Positions 10,914 through 19,772 of a stretch of DNA of 64,000 nucleotides are shown here, piece by piece. Where the stretch lies: assembly GCA_028279595.1 (NCBI GenBank), contig JANQNK010000001.1, positions 32,001-96,000 of the forward strand, written 5' to 3'. Each line of letters opens with the position of its first letter. The stretch's first letter is position 1. The stretch comes from Thermoplasmatota archaeon (GTDB lineage: Archaea > Thermoplasmatota > JAKEGO01). A program made the position numbers and the translations under genes. The notes under the pieces are model-generated. The model was not told where the DNA came from. It saw nothing but the letters and a program-made list of their open reading frames with translations, and ran no database searches.

Positions 10914-11054
10914 TCAGTACATCGCGCTCTTCTTCTCCTCGAGGGTCCGGAGGACCAGTGCCAGATATCGCTGAAGGTCTTCAGGGCGTTCGTCGGAGTG
11001 CTTCTTTATGAGGGTCGCCGCCGCCTCGAAGCCATCGATGAAATCCGAATACAT
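10914..11054 (-). CDS. Small hypothetical protein, 46 aa (not in ORF track)
   Basis: MYSDFIDGFEAAATLIKKHSDERPEDLQRYLALVLRTLEEKKSAMY*, preceded by a strong AAGGGGGAGG Shine-Dalgarno and filling an intergenic gap. Confidence 0.65.
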   Translation of the reverse strand: MYSDFIDGFEAAATLIKKHSDERPEDLQRYLALVLRTLEEKKSAMY

Positions 11055-11235
11055 TTTGCCTCCCCCTTCCTTGAGATAGCATTGCCGTCGAAGTTTTTAT
11101 CTAGATTGGTATGAAATTTTGACATGGGAAATACACTCATTCGTTCGTGTTCAATTGTTTTTCCGCAAGGGAGCCAGACAGGTCCCGGTGCGGTCCTTCG
11201 GTGGTTTTTAAATAGAACTGGGGCGATTGGGCGGC

Positions 11236-11853
11236 ATGCCCGGAAGGCCACTCGACGAGTTCGACTCCAAGGAGCTCCTTGCGAAGCACGGGCTCAAGGT
11301 CCCGCACATGTTCAAGCTCGGCGAGGTTCGAGCGACGATCGAGTATCCGGTGGTCCTGAAGGCGGTCTCCGCCGACATCAAGCACAAGACCGAGGCGGGG
11401 GCCGTGGTCCTGGACATCGGGTCCGACGAGGAGCTCGAGCTGGAGGCGGAGCGGATGCGCGGACGGCTTCCCGGCGTCGAGCTCATGGTCGAACAGATGG
11501 TCCCGAAGGGTCTGGAGGCGATCGTCGGGGTCGTGGACGATGCCACGTTCGGGCGCGTCATCATGGTCGGCCTCGGCGGCACGATGGCAGAACTCCTTGC
11601 GGACACCTCGTTCAGGAAGGTCCCTATCACCAAACGGGACGCCGAGGAGATGGTGGCTGACCTCGAACACCGGGAGATTTTCTCCGGGTTCCGCGGATAT
11701 CCGGATGTCACTGATGAGCTCGTAAGGACCCTCGTCGCCATATCTGACCTGGTGGAGGTCGAGAATATTGTGGAAATGGACCTGAATCCAGTGGTCCTCA
11801 ACGAAAGCGGGGCGGTGATCGTCGATGCCAAGATCTCGGTCGGCAACGAATGA
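11236..11853 (+). CDS. Acyl/acetate-CoA ligase (ADP-forming) beta subunit, ATP-grasp
   Basis: YPVVLKAVS..HKTEAGAV, FGRVIMVGLGG and EMDLNPV motifs. Confidence 0.9.
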   Translation: MPGRPLDEFDSKELLAKHGLKVPHMFKLGEVRATIEYPVVLKAVSADIKHKTEAGAVVLDIGSDEELELEAERMRGRLPGVELMVEQMVPKGLEAIVGVVDDATFGRVIMVGLGGTMAELLADTSFRKVPITKRDAEEMVADLEHREIFSGFRGYPDVTDELVRTLVAISDLVEVENIVEMDLNPVVLNESGAVIVDAKISVGNE

Positions 11854-12010
11854 CCCTTACCTGGAATCCCTGGGCAGGAATCCCCTGCTAAGAGGCTTCA
11901 TCGAGAGGAAACTTCATCACAAATTGATCAGGATCGGTCTCATCTGGTCGGTCATCGCCATGGTGATCGCGCTTTCCTATATCGTCTACGTGGTCTGGTC
12001 GGGCGCCTGA
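11825..12010 (+). CDS. Possible small membrane protein
   Basis: One hydrophobic C-terminal helix. It fills the gap but overlaps both neighbours. Confidence 0.35.
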   Translation: MPRSRSATNDPYLESLGRNPLLRGFIERKLHHKLIRIGLIWSVIAMVIALSYIVYVVWSGA

Positions 12011-12450
12011 TCGGACTTGCCATTCTTCCCTTCCCACACCGAAGGGTCCAGCCGTTCCTCCGCCCTTCGACGAACGTTCTCGAGGAGGGCGGGCAGTGCC
12101 TCAACGGTCCTGACCTCCCCGCGGGCGATCCGGGCGAACCGCCTCCTGTATTCGAGGTCCCATTCGACGGACTCTCCCTCGAGGTAAGTGGTGAGCCGGC
12201 GGGCGATGGTCCCGCCCGTCCTGTCCCAGTCCGTTAGTATGATGACGCGCGAGAACCTCTTCGCGAGGTCCGAGGCGAAGTTGACGAGGCTCATGCCCAC
12301 GTTGACCTTAAGCACCTCGCCCTCGAGCCCCAATCTCAAGAGTCCGGCGATGTCCTTGTCACCCTCCACCACGACCGGGTACCGGAGGTTGTCCTCCACG
12401 AGGTCCTCGATGGTCCTCTCGAGTTCGGCGAGGCGCTCGGTGTCGGTCAT
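11986..12450 (-). CDS. Small TOPRIM-domain protein (RNase M5/primase-like)
   Basis: VVVEGDKD and IILTDWDRTG are TOPRIM motifs. Confidence 0.88.
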   Translation of the reverse strand: MTDTERLAELERTIEDLVEDNLRYPVVVEGDKDIAGLLRLGLEGEVLKVNVGMSLVNFASDLAKRFSRVIILTDWDRTGGTIARRLTTYLEGESVEWDLEYRRRFARIARGEVRTVEALPALLENVRRRAEERLDPSVWEGKNGKSDQAPDQTT

Positions 12451-12633
12451 CGTCCGGGAATCCATGTCAAAGATATAATACAGTAACGAGCCGCCGTAGG
12501 TGGTATGGTGAACGAGCCAAACAGCACTTTAGAGCACGTTATCGGCACTTAGGGCCGGATCCGCCGTGTCAAATTATTGCACAAATCTACTTATATACTC
12601 ACGGCCGCGATAACTTCTCAGACGCACGGAGGC

Positions 12634-14616
12634 ATGGAAATGGGAAGCGATCTTCCGGTCAGGATAGGCCTGCTCGCGCTGTTCGTACTTATCACAGTAT
12701 CCTTCATGATAGCCCTTGTCGAGGGCTCCATCACCACAGAGTACGAGGGATACCTCGGATCGGCCGGCGACGACGTGGAGATCCTCATCTCCGTGACCAA
12801 CGACGGCAATGCCTCCGACACGGCCGCCATAACTGTTGATGACACAAACGGATGGCCTGTGGCTGTCCCCGTCGATTTCAATATCGATGCTGGTGAGACC
12901 CTCGAGCGCACCGTGACAATATCCATTCCCGAGGACGCCCTTGCCACAGAACCGAACACTGTCGACATAACCTACGAGCTCGACAGCAGCGGTGAGACAG
13001 GTACTGACACAGTCCAGATCGATGTCGAGCAGGTGTTCGACATCAATGCATCTCTTTTCGGAGGCCCTTACTCTGCCGCCCCTGGTCGTTCCTATCTCAT
13101 CCACCTGATGCTAACGAACAACGGGAACGGCGATGACCTCGTTGCCGGGGAACTGTATGCTCCAAAAGGCCCTGCTGGACAGGGTCTCTACGATATCCAT
13201 CACGAGACCTTCTCTGTGCTCCTTTCTCCGGCCGAGTCGAAGACCATGATCATAATGTCCACCATCAGTCGAATGGCGGATCCCGGGAACGAGACCTTCA
13301 GGACGATCATCTATGCAAATTCATCTGGCGGGAACGATGACCATGAGCTATTCGCTGAGATCGGCGTTGACGATCACGATACCTGGATCAGGAACCTGAA
13401 TGCGACCATGGAGTCGCATGGAGAGGTCGTCGGGGAGTCCATTACCGCGACCGCGAAGTTCGGAACGGTGTATGCGAACGCCAATCCTCTTGCACCAGTT
13501 GCGAACCTCACTGTCTCGGTCCATTCCTCGGCGGCCAAGGGCAAGGAGATGCTGGATTCGAATACCACCTCTGCATTGATCAAGGACTTCGACGCGGATA
13601 CGCTGATAATGTCCCTGGACTACCCTACCACTGACTACGACGATTACGTGATACGTGCTACTGTCGAATACCTCGGAACGACATGGGACCTTGTCGAGGA
13701 GACGATCACCCTGGTCGAACCGGAGTTCGCCTTCGACTTGAGGTGCCTGGACGACGAGGTGACCCTCGCTCCGGACGATGACATGCACACGTTCGACGTC
13801 GCCATCGAGAACACCGGTAACGTCGCTGACACCTACACGGTCGATATCCTCTCCGAGACCCCGCCCGTCCTGTTCAACAACGGACAGATGACGATCACAC
13901 TCGAGCCGAACGAGGAGGTCCACATCTACGTCACCTTCGATCCCTCCATCCAGATGGGCAGACACGTAGCCCAGGTTCGAGTCGTGTCCCAGGGTTCGAG
14001 CGCGGAGATGACCGAGGATGTCGAGGCGAACGTTGCCGAGGCTGAGGACAAGGAAGGCGGTCCGTTCGGTGACATACCGACGGATATCGTGGTCGGCGCG
14101 ATCGTCGCCGGCGCACTGATGTTCTTCTTCTTCGGGACGGAGATCGGTTGGCTCTCACTGCTCGCATTCGTTCCGCTCTATTACCGCGTCACGGGGAAGC
14201 AGGTCCTCGACAACTACGTCCGCGGTAAGATCCACGGATACGTCATCGCAAATCCCGGCGACCACTACAACGGCATCAAGGGGCACCTCGGGATCAACAA
14301 TGGCACCCTTGCCTATCACCTCAAGGTGCTCGAGAGGGAGAACTATCTCAAGTCAAGGATGGACGGCAAGTACAAGCGTTACTATCCATACGAATCGATG
14401 ATCCCGAGCAAGAAGAAGCTCTCGCCGATACAGAAGCTGATCGTCGAGAAGCTGAAGAACAACCCCGGAGTGTCCCAGAGGAAGCTCGGAAAGCTCTCCG
14501 GGGAGAGCGTGCAGGTGGTCAACTACCACATGAAGCAGCTGGAGGACGCAGGGGTCGTGGAGATCGAGAAGCTCGGCAACCGGAGTAAGTGCTACGTTTG
14601 CGAGGGTTGGAAGTGA
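12634..14616 (+). CDS. Membrane-spanning transcription regulator: extracellular Ig/NEW3-like domains, TM segment and tandem cytoplasmic winged-HTH (COG3398-like)
   Basis: GGAGG SD and a signal peptide; NxGN..D Ig repeats; TM segment; RGKIHGYVIANPGDHYNGIK..NGTLAYHLKVLE and NPGVSQRKLG..VNYHMKQLE wHTH pair. Confidence 0.85.
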   Translation: MEMGSDLPVRIGLLALFVLITVSFMIALVEGSITTEYEGYLGSAGDDVEILISVTNDGNASDTAAITVDDTNGWPVAVPVDFNIDAGETLERTVTISIPEDALATEPNTVDITYELDSSGETGTDTVQIDVEQVFDINASLFGGPYSAAPGRSYLIHLMLTNNGNGDDLVAGELYAPKGPAGQGLYDIHHETFSVLLSPAESKTMIIMSTISRMADPGNETFRTIIYANSSGGNDDHELFAEIGVDDHDTWIRNLNATMESHGEVVGESITATAKFGTVYANANPLAPVANLTVSVHSSAAKGKEMLDSNTTSALIKDFDADTLIMSLDYPTTDYDDYVIRATVEYLGTTWDLVEETITLVEPEFAFDLRCLDDEVTLAPDDDMHTFDVAIENTGNVADTYTVDILSETPPVLFNNGQMTITLEPNEEVHIYVTFDPSIQMGRHVAQVRVVSQGSSAEMTEDVEANVAEAEDKEGGPFGDIPTDIVVGAIVAGALMFFFFGTEIGWLSLLAFVPLYYRVTGKQVLDNYVRGKIHGYVIANPGDHYNGIKGHLGINNGTLAYHLKVLERENYLKSRMDGKYKRYYPYESMIPSKKKLSPIQKLIVEKLKNNPGVSQRKLGKLSGESVQVVNYHMKQLEDAGVVEIEKLGNRSKCYVCEGWK

Positions 14617-14623
14617 TGCCCTT

Positions 14624-15019
14624 ATGATAACCATGGACACGATGAGGAAGGCGCTCGTGAACACCTTCGATGGAAGGATGAACGAGGTGGAGGCCGCCAA
14701 TCTCGCCGAGTTCGTGATGAACTTCTTCGGCTACAACGACAGGATACTCGACAACTACCTCGAATCGGGCGACAGGAACATCTTCTACATGCTCGAGGAC
14801 GAGGGACTTCTCCACGCAACACAGCAGGAGATATCGATAAAGGTCGGCCAGAGGTGGCGCCTGAACTTCTGGGTCCTCAAGACCCATGTGATAGAGCAGA
14901 GGGCGACCTGTCCGTGCGTTCAGGAGGAGACCTTCACGTTCCAGTCCCTCTACGAGGACGTCTGGAAGACAATGGCCCATGACGAGCCCCATGTCAGCGC
15001 CCACGGCGTCGTACACTGA
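14624..15019 (+). CDS. Conserved Thermoplasmata protein (DUF6015-like)
   Basis: FFGYNDRILDNYLESGDRNIFYMLEDEGLL...WRLNFW pattern. Confidence 0.7.
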   Translation: MITMDTMRKALVNTFDGRMNEVEAANLAEFVMNFFGYNDRILDNYLESGDRNIFYMLEDEGLLHATQQEISIKVGQRWRLNFWVLKTHVIEQRATCPCVQEETFTFQSLYEDVWKTMAHDEPHVSAHGVVH

Positions 15020-15039
15020 TAATTGCTCGGAAGCCCCAG

Positions 15040-15837
15040 TCACCATTCAGGTAAGCTGGCGTTCGTCAGTGCATTAGCGACCTCTGTGGGTCCCGATGCC
15101 CTGATGAGGTGGTCGAGCACCCTGCTCTCGTTCCTCACACCGATCCCGACATCCTCGAAATCGATCCCGGGATAACTTATGGCCATAAGTATCAGGGGTT
15201 CCGGTGGGGCGGTTCCGAACGACGCCGTAACGTCCGGCTTCTCTATGGCCGTCCTTACCCCTTCGACGGTAGACTCCCCTCGACCGACCGCAATGACAGC
15301 TGCTGCGATCCTTCTGACCATGTTCCAGATGAAAGCCACACCCTTCACATCCAGGACCAGCACTCCGGTCCCGTTCCGCTTAACGCGGACATCCAGCACC
15401 TTCCTCACAGTCTCCCTTTCGTCCTTTCTTGAGAAATTCGAAAAATCGTGTTCCCCGATGAACAGGCGGGCGCACTCTGCCGCCAGGTCTGGATCCACCG
15501 CAGGGTCCGTGATCAGATACCTGTACCATCTCCACGATGCGAACCTGGGATTGAAGTCATCATCGACGACAGCTATCCCCGTCACCGCGACCCCGTCCAG
15601 GGAAGCGTTGAGCCTCCCGGTGTCGATGGGTCCGTCGCTTCCAACGGCGCAGACGTTCCCGAGGGCGCTAACGCCCCGGTCGGTCCTGCTTCCCGAATGT
15701 ATCTCGATGGAACCGAATTGCTGTTTTATACCGTCTATGAGCGCTCCTTCGACTGTCCTCTTTCCTTCAACTTCGGGATATCCCTCGAAATCGGTCCCGT
15801 CGTAGGCGAAACGAAGCGCGCTTCTCAATACGGTCAC
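15040..15837 (-). CDS. truA: tRNA pseudouridine(38-40) synthase
   Basis: FAYDGTDF, GSRTDRGVSALGN, FIGEHDFSNF and FIWNMVRRI motifs. Confidence 0.95.
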   Translation of the reverse strand: MTVLRSALRFAYDGTDFEGYPEVEGKRTVEGALIDGIKQQFGSIEIHSGSRTDRGVSALGNVCAVGSDGPIDTGRLNASLDGVAVTGIAVVDDDFNPRFASWRWYRYLITDPAVDPDLAAECARLFIGEHDFSNFSRKDERETVRKVLDVRVKRNGTGVLVLDVKGVAFIWNMVRRIAAAVIAVGRGESTVEGVRTAIEKPDVTASFGTAPPEPLILMAISYPGIDFEDVGIGVRNESRVLDHLIRASGPTEVANALTNASLPEW

Positions 15838-16928
15838 GCTCCGTCAAGGGTCTTCTTGAGGACATCGGAGGTCTCCCTCGCCACGTCCATCCAAGTGCGG
15901 CCTTTGACGGCCTGGAGTCCGCGTGCCCCCATCTGCTCCCTCAGGGTCCTGTCTCCCGCAATCTCAGTGAGGGCTTCCCGGAGCTCCTCCTCGGTCGAGA
16001 ATAGGCGCCCGGCCCCCTCGGCGAGTATCTCGGGGATCCCGCCGGTCCTCGAAGCGATCACCGGTTTCCCCGAGGCCATACCCTCGAGGATCACGTTCCC
16101 CAGCGGCTCGTATAGGGTCGGATAGACGATGATGTCAGCAGCCTTGTAGTAGGACGGGACGTCGTCGAAGGGGACGACACCCTTGAAGAGGACGCGTTTA
16201 CCGAGCCCTTCCGCCTCCTCCCTGAGGTCCCTCTCCGACGGTCCGCCGCCTATGACCAGAAGGCTGCCCTTCCTCAGTCCCTTGACGGCCTTGATCAGGG
16301 GCGAGACGTTCTTGTGCGGCGACAGGCGCCCTATGTACGCGATGATCGGCCTTTTGAGCTTGACCTCGGCCGGCTCGGCCCCGTCGAACCGTTCGAAGTC
16401 GACGCCGTTCGGGATGAGACTGATCTTGTTAGGTTCTATCCCGTACTCCTCCGCCCCCTTGGAGATGTACTTGCTTATGGAGATGAGGTGGTCGGCTCTC
16501 GAACACGTCGCCCGGTCCATCCTCACGTACTTCGGGATCGAGAGATTGACGTAGCTCCAGCTCGCCGAGCCGGGAAGGTTCCTGTAGGCCTCCAGTTCCT
16601 GGGCCCAGATGTTGTGGAGCTTCACTACGGTCGGCGGGTGCCTCCCCTTCAGTAGTCCGTGGGCACAGATGCCGTGTCCATGGACAACGTCTATCGTCCC
16701 CATGATCTCGCGGGCCTTCCTGGCAGAGAACTGCGTGTATGGTCTCGGGACCCTGTGCACGGTGACGCCGTCGTCGTCCTCCATCTTGGGCGCGCCCGGA
16801 GCGGTCGCCGAGATGATGCTTATCTCATGGCCGAGTCTCTGTAGTGAGTGCGCAAGCTGGTAGGTGTGTACAGTCGTTCCCCCCGCGTGCCTCGGCGGAT
16901 AGTCCATTGACAGGTGCAGTACCCGCAT
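15834..16928 (-). CDS. Glycosyltransferase family 4 (GT-B)
   Basis: YPPRHAGG, IPNGVD, YIGRL...KN and YEPLGNVILEGMASGKPVI motifs. Confidence 0.92.
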   Translation of the reverse strand: MRVLHLSMDYPPRHAGGTTVHTYQLAHSLQRLGHEISIISATAPGAPKMEDDDGVTVHRVPRPYTQFSARKAREIMGTIDVVHGHGICAHGLLKGRHPPTVVKLHNIWAQELEAYRNLPGSASWSYVNLSIPKYVRMDRATCSRADHLISISKYISKGAEEYGIEPNKISLIPNGVDFERFDGAEPAEVKLKRPIIAYIGRLSPHKNVSPLIKAVKGLRKGSLLVIGGGPSERDLREEAEGLGKRVLFKGVVPFDDVPSYYKAADIIVYPTLYEPLGNVILEGMASGKPVIASRTGGIPEILAEGAGRLFSTEEELREALTEIAGDRTLREQMGARGLQAVKGRTWMDVARETSDVLKKTLDGA

Positions 16929-16971
16929 CGACACGCGATGGCTCTGTTCCCTTAATAACGGTTCGCCGGGT

Positions 16972-18147
16972 TCAGCGCTCAACGACCATGGTGACGGCGT
17001 TGCCGCCTCCGAGGCAGACGGCCTCCATGCCGCGGTGCACGTCCCTGTTGATCATGGCGTAGATCATCGTGACAAGGACCCTTGCTCCGGAAGCACCGAT
17101 CGGGTGTCCGATCGCCACGGCTCCGCCGTGAACGTTGAACCTCTCGTCCTTGATCCCGAACTCCTTCTGGACCGCCACGGAAGCCGAGGCGAAGGCCTCG
17201 TTGTGCTCGATGAGGTCCATGTCCTCAATGGTCAGTCCCGTCAACTCCAGCTGCTTGTTGATGGCCGGAATAGGCGCGCTCATGACGTGCTCCGGTTCCA
17301 TGCCGGATGTGGCGTATCCACGGATGGTCACGAGGGGGGTAAGTCCCATCTCCTCGGCCTTGTCGGCCGACATGACGACCAGGGCGGCCGCACCATCGCT
17401 GATCTGCGATGCGTTGCCTGCGGTGACGACCCCATCCTCCTTGAACGCCGGCCTGAGCTTGGCCAGCTTCTCGATCGTCGTGTCCGCCCTGACGCCCTCG
17501 TCCCTATCCAAAGTGACCATGTCTCGCTTGACCTTGACCTCGACCGGGAGCATCTCGTCCTTAAAGAGTCCCTTCTCGTGGGCCTCCGCAGCCAGCTTGT
17601 GGCTCCGCAGGGCGAACTCGTCGATCTCCTCCCGGTTGAGTCCGAACCTCTCGGCGACTATCTCCCCGGTTATCCCCATATGGAAGTCGTTGTAGATGTC
17701 CCACAATCCGTCGTTCACCATCGAATCGACGATCTTGTCGTTACCTAGCCTGTAACCGCTTCTTGCCTTGTACAGGACGTATGGCGCGAGGTCCATGTTC
17801 TCCATGCCGCCGGCGACGACTGTGTCGTACTCACCGGCCCGTATGGCGTTGGCGGCCATCATGACCGTCTTCAGCCCGGAGCCGCAGACCTTGTTGATCG
17901 TGCAGGCGCCCGCCTCGTACGGGATCCCTGCCCTGATCGCCGCCTGGCGTGCGGGGTTCTGACCCATTCCGGCCTGGACCACCTGGCCCATTAGGACCTC
18001 CTGGACATCGTTCTTCTCGATACCGGCTCGCTTGACCGCTTCCTCGATGACGAGTCCGCCGAGCTCCACGGCAGGCGTGTTGGAAAGTGTTCCAGAGAAT
18101 CTGCCGACGGGCGTGCGAACTCCGCTGACTATGACTACGTCCTTCAA
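16972..18147 (-). CDS. Acetyl-CoA C-acetyltransferase (thiolase)
   Basis: INKVCGSG, EHNEAFA, GHPIGASG and CLGGG motifs; TTG start after a GGTGA SD. Confidence 0.95.
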   Translation of the reverse strand: MKDVVIVSGVRTPVGRFSGTLSNTPAVELGGLVIEEAVKRAGIEKNDVQEVLMGQVVQAGMGQNPARQAAIRAGIPYEAGACTINKVCGSGLKTVMMAANAIRAGEYDTVVAGGMENMDLAPYVLYKARSGYRLGNDKIVDSMVNDGLWDIYNDFHMGITGEIVAERFGLNREEIDEFALRSHKLAAEAHEKGLFKDEMLPVEVKVKRDMVTLDRDEGVRADTTIEKLAKLRPAFKEDGVVTAGNASQISDGAAALVVMSADKAEEMGLTPLVTIRGYATSGMEPEHVMSAPIPAINKQLELTGLTIEDMDLIEHNEAFASASVAVQKEFGIKDERFNVHGGAVAIGHPIGASGARVLVTMIYAMINRDVHRGMEAVCLGGGNAVTMVVER

Positions 18148-18239
18148 AGTATCACCGTTCCTGGGTATGACCATGGGATACATAATCCTTTCACCTGTAG
18201 ATGCCGCACCGTGGTGGGAATCTGACAATGTGGATGATA

Positions 18240-18277
18240 GCGCTCGATGATGCGCCATGGCATCATCAACGCGCGTC
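18240..18277. repeat. Dispersed intergenic palindromic repeat, copy A
   Basis: GCGCTCGATGATGC-GCCATG-GCATCATCAACGCGCGTC; related copies at 24578, 31297 and 31378. Confidence 0.7.
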
Positions 18278-18304
18278 ACTAGCAACGGATCTGGAGTCGG
18301 GGGA

Positions 18305-19759
18305 TCACTGATTGTTGCCCTGGTTCGCGGCGATGAAAGCGCTTACACCCGCCATCGCAGCAGCGGTCTTGGCTCCCCCGCCCTGCTCCTTCTGTTCCTT
18401 GACGTACTCGACCACCCTGTCGAGGATGCCGTAGCGCGGGATGTAGCTGGTGTCGTAAGTGCCGGACTTGAAGACATCGTCGTTCATGACGACGGTGTGG
18501 AACGGAATGTTGTGCCTGACCCCGGAGATCTGGAACTCCCAGAGGGCGCGCTTCGTCCGCTCGATTGCCCTCGGGCGGTCCTCGGCCCAGACTATGAGCT
18601 TCGCTATCATGGAGTCGTAGAAGGGCGGGATCTCGAAGCCGGCGTAGACGCCACTGTCGATCCTGATGCCCGGGCCACTCGGCTCGGCGTACCTGACGAT
18701 CTTTCCGGGCGCCGGAGCGAACTCGGCGAGCGGGTCCTCGGCGTTTATCCGGCACTCGATGGCGTGTCCACGTGGGACGATGTCCGCCTGCTCGTACTCG
18801 AGGTCCAGACCGGACGCCACCCTGAGCTGTTCCCGGGCGAGGTCGATGCCGGTGATGGCCTCGGTGATCGGGTGCTCCACCTGAAGACGCGTGTTCATCT
18901 CCAGGAAGTAGTACCTGTCGTCCTTGAACATGAACTCGCAGGTCCCTGCATTGTAATACCCGGCGGTCTTCGCGGCGAGGATGGCCTGTTCGCCGATCTC
19001 CTCCCTCAGTTCGGGGGTGAGGGCGCAGCTGGGGGTCTCCTCGACGAGCTTCTGATGCCGCCGCTGTACGGAGCACTCGCGCTCGTAGGCGTGGATGATG
19101 TGACCGCTCTTGTCGCCGATGATCTGGTACTCGATGTGCCTGGGGTCGTCGATGAACTTCTCGATGAACACGGAGTCGTCGCCGAAGCTGTTCAGCGCAA
19201 GACGCCGAATGGATTCGAGGGTCTCCTCCATCTGGGCCTCGTTCTCGACCATCTGGATGCCGATGCCGCCGCCTCCAGCGCTGGCCTTGAGCATTATCGG
19301 GTATCCGATCTCGTGTGCGATGTCCTTGGCCCTCTCGTGGTCGGCGATGGCCTCGGTCACTCCGGGAACGACACTGACCCCTGCCTCGATCATGGACTTC
19401 TTGGACTCGATCTTCGAACCCATCAGTTCCATGGCGCCCACGGGCGGTCCGATGAACTCGATCCCGTTCTTGGCGCACATCCCCGCGAAGGTGAAGTTCT
19501 CCGCCAGGAAGCCGTAACCCGGATGTATACCATCGGCACCGCACTCCAGCGCGGTCTCGATGAGCTTGTCCATTACCAGATAACTGAGCTTGGCAGGCCC
19601 CGGACCGATGTGGTACTTCTCGTCGGCGTATCTGACGAAAAGGGCAGACGCGTCGGCGTCCGAGTAGACGGCAACCGTCGATATGCCCAGTTCCTTGCAG
19701 GCCCTCATAATTCTGACCGCTATCTCGCCCCTGTTCGCGATCAGGACCTTGTTCAGCAT
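18305..19759 (-). CDS. pycA: Biotin carboxylase, pyruvate carboxylase subunit A
   Basis: KVLIANRGEIA, HPGYGFLAEN, ECSVQRRHQK, EMNTRLQVEH and YDSMIAKL motifs; adjacent to pycB. Confidence 0.9.
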   Translation of the reverse strand: MLNKVLIANRGEIAVRIMRACKELGISTVAVYSDADASALFVRYADEKYHIGPGPAKLSYLVMDKLIETALECGADGIHPGYGFLAENFTFAGMCAKNGIEFIGPPVGAMELMGSKIESKKSMIEAGVSVVPGVTEAIADHERAKDIAHEIGYPIMLKASAGGGGIGIQMVENEAQMEETLESIRRLALNSFGDDSVFIEKFIDDPRHIEYQIIGDKSGHIIHAYERECSVQRRHQKLVEETPSCALTPELREEIGEQAILAAKTAGYYNAGTCEFMFKDDRYYFLEMNTRLQVEHPITEAITGIDLAREQLRVASGLDLEYEQADIVPRGHAIECRINAEDPLAEFAPAPGKIVRYAEPSGPGIRIDSGVYAGFEIPPFYDSMIAKLIVWAEDRPRAIERTKRALWEFQISGVRHNIPFHTVVMNDDVFKSGTYDTSYIPRYGILDRVVEYVKEQKEQGGGAKTAAAMAGVSAFIAANQGNNQ

Positions 19760-19772
19760 GTTAGATCACATC

